From assembly GCA_010015805.1 (NCBI GenBank), contig ML978130.1:434001-498000 (forward strand): a stretch of 64,000 bases of DNA, written 5' to 3'. Below the pieces are notes generated by a model. It was not told where the DNA came from and searched no databases. It worked only from the letters and a program-made list of their open reading frames with translations. Source of the stretch: Rhizodiscina lignyota (taxonomy: Eukaryota). The stretch's first letter is position 1; each line of letters starts with the position of its first letter. The translations under genes were made by a program, and so were the position numbers. This document shows, piece after piece, positions 35,586-47,359 of this stretch.

Positions 35586-36942
35586 CAATATGTAACCTGG
35601 TCCTGCTCTCCTCTGACAACAGTGAGATTGCAAGGCATTGCTACATAATGGAGCATGTTGACACAAAAATACGACGCGGAACTCTCACTTACTCAATGTC
35701 CTCATTTTCTAACGTTTCCTTTAGGTCGGACTTGCAACATTGCTCACAGGGATCGATGTTCAAATGCTCAATGCCCAATGCTACAATACTGGATTAAGAC
35801 GAGCTCCTCCGTGACGATGCTGCAGGGCCCATTGACTGAGACGGTCGAAATTCTTACACGTATGGATGCATCTGAAATCCGGAATACCACTTCTCGCTGC
35901 GCCACTTTCGAAAGACGGAACAGGAGAGATGGCTGCTGCGCATTGGACGCTTTGTTGAAGATGATCGGTGCAATGGTCTAAGTTTGCTATCATTAATCAG
36001 TTATTTATCTTCTCTAGCTCATATCCCCATGCACTGAAGTATTGCTTACAACATGAAGTCGGTGGTGTTATGGCGTGTCAGGATCATGATAATGGTCTGA
36101 TAACGTGGCTTTGCGAACCATATTCTGAGGGCCTCGGGCGCTCAGTAAAGAATCTCCAAGATAGCGAATGGGATCAGACAGTGTTGCAGGAGATGCATCA
36201 AACGTACAATACAGTGAAACTGGAGTCTGGGGGTATGCGTCTAATGATATCAAGTATAATCTGGTCCTTGGGCTGTAAGTATAGGTGTGCTTCGCATCTT
36301 CATTTGACAGAATGACTCCAGAGCATCGAATGAGAACATTGTCGAATAATAGCACTACTCGGCCAGTCAACATGAAACTCTGACGTTCAACAGACAATTT
36401 GTATCAGAGACGCTTCTTTTTCGGTATCAAGCTCGATACGCCCCTGACTATGGGCGCTCACAAGGCAGTACCTCAGGCATCCATCACATATTTTTGAACT
36501 CATCCCTCCTGATGACTCGACAAAACGCAACTATTCCACGTATTAATCACAACAAGTTGACACCGTCCGCCAAAATTGCGGTCTTTTTACTTATGTTCCA
36601 TACATTATCAGGTACAGGGAGATCGAATATCGTGGAATTGTGGTGATGTGTTGTTTGTTGACGTCAAAAACAACATAAGAGTGCCTTTCTTCGCGCCTCT
36701 CGGACCTTCCCCCTAACAACGCAATCAACATCACTGCTGCTCTTTCCTCTACTACCCGGGATTGTGACTACTGTACCACAAGGCGTACTAAACTCTTTAC
36801 CAAGCTTTGTAAAATCCTCAGTTCCCAACAGTTTACTATCAGTTGATCTAATGCTCATTTAGTGTTGCCCTGAACCTCTCACCACGACGCACCCTCAAAT
36901 TCGACCTTATCCTTCTAACTTCAACATTGTCATCCTATCATT

Positions 36943-37989
36943 ATGTCCACCTCAATAACCCAAGAGTCTCTGTCAGCGTGTCTCGTGGACGAGTACACAA
37001 TCAAAAACAACGCGAGATCAGACTTCCATATTCAGCTATCCAGAGCCTCTGAAGGACCTGAATGTTCATGGTACCATCTGCAGACCGTCGAAACTGCCCA
37101 GCTGCGGAATGGCACTTTCAAAAGATACAACGTAGTTTCAGTCTATCACCCTGTCTCTCATCGGGCAGGCCAGAAAGATGCTCCGGAGATGCAACCTTCC
37201 TACGCGGTTATCTTGGAGATCAAAGAGCGGCCAAAGTCCATTGGGGCGGACACAAGCAAAGAACACATCTTTTTGGTGTCGTGGATGTATCCATGGCCAG
37301 CGACCTCATTGTCGCGCCCTGCTTCGATACCTGGCACCCGAGAACCTTGGTGGGTGGAAAGTACCTCCCTGGATATCATTCGCTGCGATGTGGTATCACC
37401 CCATTGGAATGGTCCATGGAGCAAGGAACGTATCTTCGACAGAAGCCGCATGGAAATAGTGAGGTATGATGACAGGAACATGGAGTGGTATTACCAGCTG
37501 CAAGTACATGGAACCCGGTGTTGGCACACTGGCCTGACTACTCCATTACAGCAGCCGCGAATACCATGGCCAAAGCGACGGCCGATCGCAAAAACGTCGG
37601 CACAGCTTGAATATTCTCCTGTGGAAACACTCACTGCGCAGTCGACCTCACCACCAACCTTGCTGCATTCCTCCCAACTCATCGAACGCCAATCTTCGTT
37701 CCCTCCAGCTACTTCCAATGTCAATCCAGGATTGCTCGTACCCGCGCTAGAGTCCAGATTGACGAATGATGGGAGGGAACGGCGAGCAGGAAACAATGGA
37801 CAAACCGAGCCCCGGATATGGACAGAAAGCGATGAATGTGAGCTCTTGGAGTTGAGAAGGACCAATCCCGGAAGTTGGCGAAAGCTCGCGCGAGAATGGA
37901 AGAGAACTCACGTGGAGAGGAGCCCCAAAGCTCTCAGACAACGCTTCCAACGCATCAAAAATCGACAAGCGGGATGCCAGCCTAAATGA
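36943..37989 (+). CDS. BAH-like domain + C-terminal Myb/SANT-like domain protein (paralog A)
   Basis: YAVILEI...FLVSWMY...STSLDII; C-terminal WTESDECELLELR...SWRKLAREW...RSPKALRQRFQRI. Confidence 0.7.
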   Translation: MSTSITQESLSACLVDEYTIKNNARSDFHIQLSRASEGPECSWYHLQTVETAQLRNGTFKRYNVVSVYHPVSHRAGQKDAPEMQPSYAVILEIKERPKSIGADTSKEHIFLVSWMYPWPATSLSRPASIPGTREPWWVESTSLDIIRCDVVSPHWNGPWSKERIFDRSRMEIVRYDDRNMEWYYQLQVHGTRCWHTGLTTPLQQPRIPWPKRRPIAKTSAQLEYSPVETLTAQSTSPPTLLHSSQLIERQSSFPPATSNVNPGLLVPALESRLTNDGRERRAGNNGQTEPRIWTESDECELLELRRTNPGSWRKLAREWKRTHVERSPKALRQRFQRIKNRQAGCQPK

Positions 37990-38222
37990 AGCCAAACAAA
38001 TGTCCTTAAGTGTCCGGTAAGCAAGTTATGGCCCGCTCTTGGCACATATTCTAATATGTTACGGTAACGGGGCTTTTACGGGGCTCCAGCTCTTAATCAA
38101 ACAGCTCTTCACTAACACACGACAGTTTGCCTATAGATATTTCTCTCTACAACATCCTTCTTCCTCTTTCTCTTCATAGTGTTCTTCCGGGAACTCCGAG
38201 GAAATCTGCGTTCATTCCCGCA

Positions 38223-39086
38223 ATGGCACCCGGCAAGACAGAAAACACATTGTCGAACTGTGTTGCGGACGATTTCATGATCAACCACAATTTCAGATCA
38301 AACTTTCAAGTCAAACGCGTCTCTTTCACCAACCTGCAGGACGTCGACCAGGACGCTTGGTACAAATTGCAAACCGCAAAGACTGCAAAAGTCAATAACG
38401 TGGAATACCGCATTGGCGATGTTCATGCTGTACACAGAAGAGGTGTTCATCGGGATAAAGCCGACGGTCCTCCATCGCAACACTCTTACGCTGTCATTCT
38501 TGATATTCGACTATTTCAATCGCAAAACTTCCACACACACACCGAACCATTCTTCCTAATCGCGTGGATGTACTCTAAACACCTCACTCTTCGACACACT
38601 TGGGACTTCTGGGATTCCCAGATTGGCTATGGCGTTTGGATTCTCAGTAACTCGCTCGATATTGTCTCCGCATCGGCTTTCACGAACTGGAATTTGGGGG
38701 AATGGACAAAGGAATGGATCATCGATTGGAACGCGAAGCAAATTGGCAGGATGAACGATCCAGACATGAAGTGGTTGTGCGACCTTGCTACTCCACGGAC
38801 AGGCAATGGTGATATTCGTTCGGCAGGCGCGAGGTGGGCTGCAACGGTGAGCGAGGAGCGGAAGCCAGGTTTGGGTTCGTACACGCCAGCAGAAGATAGC
38901 ACGATCATCGATCTCAGGGAGAATCAAAAACTTTCGTGGAAAGATATTGTCGTTGAGTTTGCGAAACTTCACGCACCGCGAGAGAGGAAGAGCATCGCGC
39001 AGAGATATCAGCGATTCCTCTCTCGTCAGAGGCACACTGAAATGGGAGAAGTGAATGAAGACGGCGACAAAGACGACGAATCCTGA
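38223..39086 (+). CDS. BAH-like domain + C-terminal Myb/SANT-like domain protein (paralog B)
   Basis: YRIGDV, YAVILDIR...FLIAWMY...ILSNSLDIV; C-terminal YTPAEDSTIIDLRE...LSWKDIVVEF...RERKSIAQRYQRF. Confidence 0.72.
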   Translation: MAPGKTENTLSNCVADDFMINHNFRSNFQVKRVSFTNLQDVDQDAWYKLQTAKTAKVNNVEYRIGDVHAVHRRGVHRDKADGPPSQHSYAVILDIRLFQSQNFHTHTEPFFLIAWMYSKHLTLRHTWDFWDSQIGYGVWILSNSLDIVSASAFTNWNLGEWTKEWIIDWNAKQIGRMNDPDMKWLCDLATPRTGNGDIRSAGARWAATVSEERKPGLGSYTPAEDSTIIDLRENQKLSWKDIVVEFAKLHAPRERKSIAQRYQRFLSRQRHTEMGEVNEDGDKDDES

Positions 39087-40289
39087 GCATACTTGTCCTT
39101 CATCGTCAGGTTTAGCCCAAAACTGAGCGGGAACCGGCTGTAAATAGAGAGGACTTTCGACCGAGCATGATATCACAGTGATTAGCACTGAACCCCTAAC
39201 CTTATTCGTCCACTTTTATGTTCCGCTCCGAGAAATTGCCTGTTTCAGATTTACGGAGCGTCCTCCGTCAAGAGTCTGAGCCGCGAGTGGAGTCCCGAGC
39301 CACGAGAGAAGACTTGAGCTCGAATTTGGAGCATCCCGAGCAGACCTGAGCAGCACACCATCGTACATACACTTGAACAAATCCAGGATTCCTCTTGAGC
39401 TGCTTTTTGTGATCTAGTTCTGGCCCAAGAGCAGCACAGTGGGCCTGTTTCGGAAAGACGCCCGCCCAAAGGACCAGGTTCCCCTTGAGAGCGATCCCTA
39501 ATTTCAACTACCCCACAGTGGCTTTTAGCAGGAAACAACGCACACCAGAGGGTAACCCCGACAATGTCGACCACTCAAGTCCTACGACGGCCTGTGGAGT
39601 GTTGCACGCGCTTGCCACAGCGGGTTGTTTCTTATATTAAGGATGTGAGGCAAGGGTGCCACAGATCTCGGTTGCAATGGAAAATCCATCTGGCAAACGC
39701 CACAGCTCCTTAGCGTACTTCATGTCTTTGCCAAAAGCTACGGTAGCAGAAACGCCTCCAGGAAACAAATCCTCCAGGAAACATGCTACCGCCGATCCGG
39801 TACAGTATGCTGTGAAACTCCCTTTGTCGTTCTCCTTCTCGGTCGTACCTTGTGGCGTGTAATTCGACCCGCTGTGGACCAAGTACTTGTCCTTCACAAT
39901 TGTTTCAATTAAATCCCCCAATCAAAGTCCTTTGAAACAGCCACTTCTGTTTATAACTAGTTTTATGTCCACTAGCCTGCTGAAAGTTTGGCGCTTGAGA
40001 TATAGAGTAGAGTACTCCTAAACAGGGTAGGGGGGACGGCATTTGCGCAAGCCGCTGTACGATCGCAAAAATCGATGTCCAGCATCTGAAGCCATCGAAA
40101 TAGGATGGGCGCGGCTACACCCATGGATGCCGCTGCATGGAATTGGAAGCGGCCGAGCCGGCGCTCCTATTGAGGTGGGCCCGTGAGTGGTTTGGATGAA
40201 TACAAAGATGGGACATGCGCAGCTTTCCTATTCCCAGCATTCACGAGGGAAAAGCACTCAACCGCCTGGACGCGAAGAAGCCTCTCAAG

Positions 40290-41615
40290 ATGCTTTGCAT
40301 TCTGTTCATTGTAGCCAGCCTCGCCTGGCGCGGGGCGGCTCAATCGGTTTTTGCTCATGTTATTGTACGTCACCTCCGCTCCCAGATATTCATGGGGCTA
40401 ACTGCTTGACAGGTTGGGAATACCTACAGCTATACCCAGGATTCATGGGCAGCTGATATTAAGAAAGCTGCGGCCGCTAGCATCGATGGCTTTGCTCTAA
40501 ACATTGGTTACACGGACACCACCAATTCGAACGGAATGGTTCAGAATCAATTGAACAATGCCTACAATGCTGCCGACGCCGCCGGGTTCAAGATGTTCAT
40601 CTCCTTTGACTATGCTGCCGAAGGAGCATGGGATGAAAACACCGTCATCTCGACCATCCAGGCGTACAGCGGTCGTTCCAGCCAGTTCCTCTACGGAAAC
40701 AACCAGCCTCTTGTCTCGACCTTCGAGGGCCCTAACAACGCCCCCGACTGGTCCACCATCAAGAGCCAAACGAACTGCTTCTTCATGCCCGATTACTCCA
40801 GCCAGGGAGCGACCGGTGCAGCCAACGAGCCCAACATCGATGGGCTGTTGAGCTGGGACGCTTGGCCGAACGGTGCGAACGACATGACTGACAGTGACGA
40901 CAAAGCCTACGTGGCGGCGTTGAATGGCAAGCCATACATGATGCCGGTCAGCCCTTGGTTCTACACAAACCTGCCTGCATACAACAAGAACTGGCTCTGG
41001 CGCGGCGATGATCTTTGGCATGACCGCTGGCAGCAGGTTCTTGATGTTAATCCCAGCCTCGTTGAGATCCTCACCTGGAACGACTACGGCGAAAGCCACT
41101 ACATATCTTCTCCGCAAAGCGAGGCTGAGCTTCCCACTGGCTCCAACGTCTACGTCGATGGCATGCCGCACGATGCGTGGCAGAAAGACCTGCCGTACTA
41201 TATCGCCGCTTACAAGAAGCAGCCTGCACCTAGCGAGCCTCATGTGACGGTGTGGTACCGCCTGAATCCTGGAACAGCCTGCTCCGCCGATGGAACAACA
41301 TGTAACACGATCACGCAGGGCCAGACCGAAGTGCCACCTCAGAACTGTGACATCGATGCTGTCTTCTTCACCGCATTCGTGCCTTCAACTGTCACTGCCA
41401 CGGTCTCGGTTACTATTGGTGGGGGTAGCTCTCAGAGCGTCACTGCTTCATCACCGGGTATCTTTCACTCGAGCGTTCCATTCAGCGGTCAGACGGGTAA
41501 TGTGACGATCTCGGTGTCAGGGAGCGATGGATCAACCATTGGGCCAGTAGAGGGTGCTGCGATCACATCTCAGTGCCAGAACGTCAATTGGAACGCATGG
41601 GTTGGCGGCTCATAG
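40290..41615 (+). CDS. Secreted alpha-1,3-glucanase/mutanase (GH71), 2 exons
   Basis: Signal peptide, VFAHVIVGNT, IDGFALNIG, FISFDY, PLVSTFEG, YMMPVSPWFYTNL, ILTWNDYGESHYI, MPHDAW. Confidence 0.95.
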
Positions 41616-41999
41616 TTTATTTGCCGATTAAATTCACACATTGTATAGATATAATTTAAGCACCACCCCTGGGGTGACGATTTCATTTCATCGCATCGTT
41701 CTATCCGTCGTTTTCACGTTTCGAGTTTGCCTCCATACCTTACACTTGATGGCTGCTCGGCGTTCATACGCACGGAAAATTATCATGTAACTTTGCATGG
41801 AGATGATTAGTAGTGTGCGGAAGCGCTGCGGTGTCTTATGCTGAAAACAACTGTTGCCCTGCGTTTATTTTTGCAGAGATATTGAGTTGATTTCATAAAT
41901 TTCATTCCGCTCTTGCATATGAGCAGTATTTCATTGACATGGTTGGTAGTCAGCTCTTCTGCCTCTCAAAATCCCACGGAAAGGAATTGAATAAAAAGT

Positions 42000-43055
42000 T
42001 TATTCATCATCGAGCAAGATCTCGACCTTGCTGGCACTGACACCTTGTTTCTGTCTATCAAGACCTTTTTGTATATCATCCAACCCCTTCCCCGCAATAA
42101 GCGCTTTGGGACTTGGAACGAACTTCTTATTTTTCAACGCCCACGGAACATAGCGGCCCCAAATCATCTTGGCCACCTCTGGCTCTTGGCTAACGATGCC
42201 CGTCGATCCTATGCGAGCAACAGTCACATCACCATATAGATCTTCCGGAGAGCTGACGACGCTCGCAATCTTCCCCCCACCAAGGGCGTGCAGAACAGAC
42301 GCACACTGCCGCACTGTTGTGTCGGATCCAATTGAATCGTACGCTCCCGCGACGTTCGTTCCTTTGAGGACGCTGATCAAGATGGGGATAATGTCCGGGT
42401 TGTGATAGTCAAGTATGTAAGTTGCACCAAGGGTCTTGCAATATTCGTAGTTGGCCGGAGAAGCGGTCGCGATGACAGCATAACCAGCTGCTGCCGCGAA
42501 CTGAATGACAGAACTGCCAACTGATGATGAACCACCCCACAGTAACAATGTTGAGGTGTCCTTGGTATTCGTGAACGGTCTTCCAAGATTGGAATCAGCT
42601 TTGGGAAAATTCAATCCGAGGTTAGCGTTCATGAAGAGTCCAGCGGCAGCGGTCGAGATAGACAAAGGCAGAACTGCAGCCTCCTTGAAAGGTACGTCGT
42701 CGGGGATTAAAGAAGTCGTTGCCGCAGACAAAATAGGGTAGAACTGAAATCCGCCATAAGCAGGTCCATTACCCAGACCCAATGCGTGTGAAATGACCCG
42801 ATCGCCAACAGCGAATTTCTTCTTGAGCTTCTTGCCGACGGAAAGCACCTCGCCGGCCACATCCGACCCCAGAATCGCCGGGTATGTCAGATTGAAGCCG
42901 CCAGATGCTTGAATCTTCCAATCTACTGGGTTGATCGCAACGACGTGATTCTTGATGACCAGTTCGTCATCACCGCAACGTGGAAAAGGAGCCAGGCCGA
43001 CCTCGAGCTGTGCATTCTCAACCGGTATCCAGGCGGCATAGTTTTTCAGCTGCAT
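42000..43055 (-). CDS. GroES-like medium-chain dehydrogenase / enoyl-reductase-like oxidoreductase
   Basis: VAINPVDWK, YPAILGSDVAGEV, LLWGGSSSVGS, IATASPAN, GVSASKV. Confidence 0.92.
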   Translation of the reverse strand: MQLKNYAAWIPVENAQLEVGLAPFPRCGDDELVIKNHVVAINPVDWKIQASGGFNLTYPAILGSDVAGEVLSVGKKLKKKFAVGDRVISHALGLGNGPAYGGFQFYPILSAATTSLIPDDVPFKEAAVLPLSISTAAAGLFMNANLGLNFPKADSNLGRPFTNTKDTSTLLLWGGSSSVGSSVIQFAAAAGYAVIATASPANYEYCKTLGATYILDYHNPDIIPILISVLKGTNVAGAYDSIGSDTTVRQCASVLHALGGGKIASVVSSPEDLYGDVTVARIGSTGIVSQEPEVAKMIWGRYVPWALKNKKFVPSPKALIAGKGLDDIQKGLDRQKQGVSASKVEILLDDE

Positions 43056-43791
43056 TTTGTCAAATGGATTTGTTCTCACAGCTGCGAATACGTTTTCGCA
43101 TATTTGCCTGGAAGTTGAGATGCACTTCTAGAAGACGTGACGAAATCATTAGAAGCAGATGGTGTGATGAGCCGAGATTGGACCGTTAACGGCCAGGAAC
43201 CGCATTTGTCAGCCATGGAAATAAGTATAACTCTACGGAACAGTTACATTGATTGTCTCTAATTGGAATCAATTGAATTAATGGCGATTCTCATTCTCAG
43301 ATATTGCATTAATAGATAACCGAGAGCCCTCTAGCTCCATGTCCACCACGGTCGTGAATGAGTACTGCCACCCGATCGTTCGTAGCCTCTAATGACAACT
43401 GATCATACTCCTTCACCGAGTTATCAAGTGTTCAATACATTGGGTCTTCACTGAGCTTGACGATTGGAATGACCCACTGTGCCTGTACCATTGTCGCCAT
43501 CCGAGTCTTGCTATGGAACATATCTTCCCAGCAAGGCCAGTGCCAATGTTCAAAAATATTCTTAAGGACAGAATGTTAGGCATCTGAGAGATACCAAAGG
43601 CGCATATAATGTAGATTAGAAGTATGAGAACAGGTAACGAATGTACAGAATAGAATGCAACTTTCTCCTAATAACGTTTTCTTTCCCCTAAAAGACTCTT
43701 CAAGCAAATCTTAACAAAGCTGGCTTTCTCTATCCTCCAACTACATTTCGAGGAATGTTAATGTCTTAGCTGGGAGCTAGAAGACAGCATT

Positions 43792-44242
43792 CTACGCGCT
43801 GCAGTTGCTTCCTAAAGATTGAATGGACAGATCTACCACGGCTCCGTCGGATGTCGTGATCTTGAACTGGCCGCCCCCGCAAGTAGCCACATTTTGACAG
43901 CACCCGCCAAGGATTTCAGAAATAGCATTGCTGGACTCCGAACTAGTCACTTCAACGGTAATGCTAGGTGAGCGATTGGCCATACAGATCTGGCCAGTTG
44001 TGAAGCCGGTTTCAGAAACGCTCTGTGGGCGGATGGTAGCATCGCTAATGTCACCACTGAAAGTAGACGAACATGGTTAGTGGAAGGGTGCCTAGAAGGG
44101 AGGAGGTAGCAATCTAGGAGAGCACTCACGGAACGTCCCCAACTGTAAAAGTACCCGAGCCGCCGCAGCTGAGCTGCCCGTTAACCGTAGAGGACAGAAG
44201 AGTGGCAGTCAGAACTGTGATTTTGAGAGCCTTAACGAACAT
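43792..44242 (-). CDS. Small secreted cysteine-rich protein (125 aa, 6 Cys), 2 exons
   Basis: Signal MFVKALKITVLTATLLSSTVNG. Intron 44129..44057 (GTGAGT..CTAAC..CAG) joins in frame to ORF 43792..43983. A TATA-like run lies about 40 bp upstream. Confidence 0.8.
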
Positions 44243-44799
44243 TTTGGAAGACAGAGAAGGGTTTTCTTTCTAAAAGAAGAATATATATGAGGGCTGGAAT
44301 CCAGGATACAATTTTTAGTAGTACTGCTCGTGATGCGGACGCAAATTCGAGAGGAGACTTAGGGTAGTTAAATACTCTCTTGAAGTTCTATGAGATTTAA
44401 ATCCACGCATACTTAGCTTATTACTCTTTCCCTGTCCTTAACTAGTCATTAAGCTTAGTCTAAGTTATGAGGCCGCGAAACCTTTTTTACTATAGCTAGG
44501 AAAATGTGAACCTAGGGCTTAGACTGTGTTACTCAATCGTTTAGATAGTTGTGAAGGATATAGTTCTAAAGAGGCGGAGACTAAGTAGTATTGGCATCAC
44601 ATAGCATGTAGAGCTGAAGAGGCATCAGTATTAGGATGAGTCATATGACAGCTGATTTAGAAAGGGTGGAGATAACTGACAATCAATAGTAGCAACGGTG
44701 AGACGGGCTACACCGTGGCGTCTACATTAGGTTTGCATGCCGACTTACAGTAGATCACGAAGAGGTGATGATAACTAAGAATTTTTAGTAGCGACGGTG

Positions 44800-45624
44800 A
44801 GATGAGATACGCTATACCACGGCGTTTATGTTCACCTTCGATATTCTACGGAGTTTCCTTGCGCTTTCCGTCGACTACGTCGTCTTCGCTTTTATGACTC
44901 CCGTAGGCGTCATTGGAACTGATGGCAGAATCACAATTATGTATAAACCATTTTTATTAGAGTGTGCCTCATCAAAGTATTTGTTAAAGTCAATGCGACA
45001 GCATAGAGAATTTGCAGCTCCAGGATCTAATAACGCCTTTCTAGTCTCGCCTGTCCGACCGGCTGGGTCTCGATCTTAGTCCAGCGTTAAAGGCCTGCTA
45101 ACCACTTACGCCCTGAAACGATAGACCTTAAAGTTACGATCATGCTTTCGCCATTATATCAAGGTTGACGTTATAGTATTGCGGTGGTTTACATAGTTCT
45201 GAGAACTGGCGAAGCTTGAAGCTTGGAGCATTGCCATTCGGTGTTGTTACTATATTAAATTTCCCGTTCATCCAACTCTTTATGTTACTTTATTAATTTA
45301 GGTAGGCTAGAATAATAGATAATCTTTCGTAAAGCATTACATTCCAATGTCTTTAGGTTTCTTGAAGGGCAACTCACCAGGCGCAAGTTGATCTTCCAAG
45401 GATACCCCTGAATGTGTCGCGGGTAGCAGAGCGACCTCCACGGCGGATCTAGTGTCATATGTCTTTGAATGAGCGGCACCACTCTCAAAATCTCTCTTGA
45501 AGAAGTCTGGATTAGCATGCATGAAGTCGGCCGTTGACCGGGAAAGAGATGGGGTTGCCGGTGCGCCTGCCGCGCAATGAATGACCGCGAGAGCAGCGAA
45601 TAGGTATGTAAATGCGAGATACAT
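44800..45624 (-). pseudogene. Decayed secreted-protein gene
   Basis: Signal peptide and KR site (MYLAFTYLFAALAVIHCAAGAP...FFKRD), then coding-like text broken by many TAA/TAG stops in AT-rich DNA. The 3' limit is approximate. Confidence 0.5.
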
Positions 45625-46205
45625 GGTCTCTGTGAATGAATCAAATAGTATCCCTAAATCAAAGGGTACCGAAATGATGGGCTTCTTTGAACCTTCAGAT
45701 GCCTGAAATATAAGTGAGCGAGCCGTTCATGATTCAAAGACGTTGGTATTCCTATAGTCACACCGAACAGTGAATGTGACCTGAACGACAAAGCCAAACT
45801 AAACAATACCAGAACAAAAATGGTTTGTGCGGCACGAACAGGTATTAAAATAAGAAAGAGCTCGTATGGAGTATTTCCAACAAAGAAATACTAATTAGAG
45901 AGTGAATGAAGCACATCACTCTGGTGGGCTGTCAAGTCAACGCACCAAACACATCTTCTCTCTCAGTGAATGACTATTCTGGTGAATGGAAGGCACCGTG
46001 CGGCGGGGGAAGCATAAAATATCAGGATACAAAGTACGATGAGATCATTCTCTCAACCTCTTTCAGGCAAAATATATTTGTACTCCACGAGGTACATAAT
46101 ACCTGAGAAGTTCTTCTCAAAAGCGCAGAAACTGCACAGGTATGTCAGTCTTTCTGCGCTCGCCGAGATGCGTAGCTAACCTTCTTGCTGACTTAATCAG
46201 ACACA

Positions 46206-46875
46206 ATGACAGATACAGCATCAGGTCTACTCGGCTTCAAATCGAACGGCATACGTAAAGCCATCCTGATCCGTAGTAGTTGGCCTGAGGAAACTGGCCA
46301 AGACATCGTCAACCTTCTTATGTCACTCACCGACGTTGAGAAGAAGCCAATGGCTGAGCGAGTTTCAAATGTACGTTTTCCCTATTGCGACACCCTCGTA
46401 GCGGAATTTATTGAGCTGACACCTAAAGGTTCAATGGGTTCACTGGCTAGACGAAGCGCTTCGAAAGAACCATTGCGAAATCTTTCCCGAGCATCTCATG
46501 GAGGTCGGTGTTGAAGTCCGAGATTACAATATCAGAAGCATTCGTCATGTCTTGGATGGGAGCTACAAGTACCTTGAAGATGGAACAGAGCATATTTTAT
46601 CTGGACGTATGGTGAATGAGATCGACGGTGTTGTTAAATGCTCCTGGGCCTATTACATCGATATGGAAAACGAGATCCTTGAGACCTGGGTTGGCCCACC
46701 TTTTGCAAAGGGCTGCGCTCTTCGTCTCCTGGAGTCGATATCGTTCAAGGAGTTAAGCAGTACATACATGCCTGCCATTCAGGAAAAGTGGCACAGATGG
46801 GAATGGGACCACGACTTCAATGATAACGTAGAAGCATTGGGTGAGCTTCCAGAGTTTACGGTGGAATATCACTAG
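46206..46875 (+). CDS. Hypothetical protein, 2 exons; paralog of 54081..54785
   Basis: GLLGFKSNGIRKA...WAYYIDMENEILETW; intron GTACGT..GCTGAC..AAG at about 46371-46428. Confidence 0.7.
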
Positions 46876-47359
46876 GTTGTTGTCCTGCAGTCCATTGGTC
46901 CTCAATGAGCTGTCATCGAGAGAAGCTTTGCTAGCATGTCTAGCGGGATCGGAGAGGGTCAACTGGATGGGATCTTTCAGACACAATCAGTTTAGCGTGA
47001 TTATGAAGAAACGGAAAAGGTTCGATCACGAAACCAAAAAGGAGTTTGCATGGGAGCGGAGTTGAGCTGTCATCCTCGGTTGAGGACCAGGATACTCTCC
47101 ACTTTACCAATACCTACGGAATATACACAACAAAGTTCATTATCACGTCGACTTCCCGTGTACAGTTGCATATAATGATGAATCGGGAATATGTCGAAAC
47201 GGACCGTAAGAAATGTCGGCATTTTATTAGACTAGCACCCTTCGGAAACGCCGAGCGCATTGGTGGAGGATGAACATCCGCGCGGGGTTAGGGGTTAAAG
47301 AAAATGGGCTTCGTTATCGCAAATTCCCATGGCGGACTTCTGGCCTTCTCTCTTCCGCA

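Noticed and set aside
35655..36315. Plus-strand ORF fragments downstream of the DJ-1 gene
   Set aside because: No family signal and no supportable start or exon chain.
39251..39921. Minus-strand ORF fragments
   Set aside because: May be a pseudogene, but I cannot assign a product or frame path.
47284..47297. GGGGTTAGGGGTTA, resembling a telomeric repeat or telomerase template
   Set aside because: Only two imperfect units, not TTAGGG-periodic; consistent with chance or a promoter G-run.
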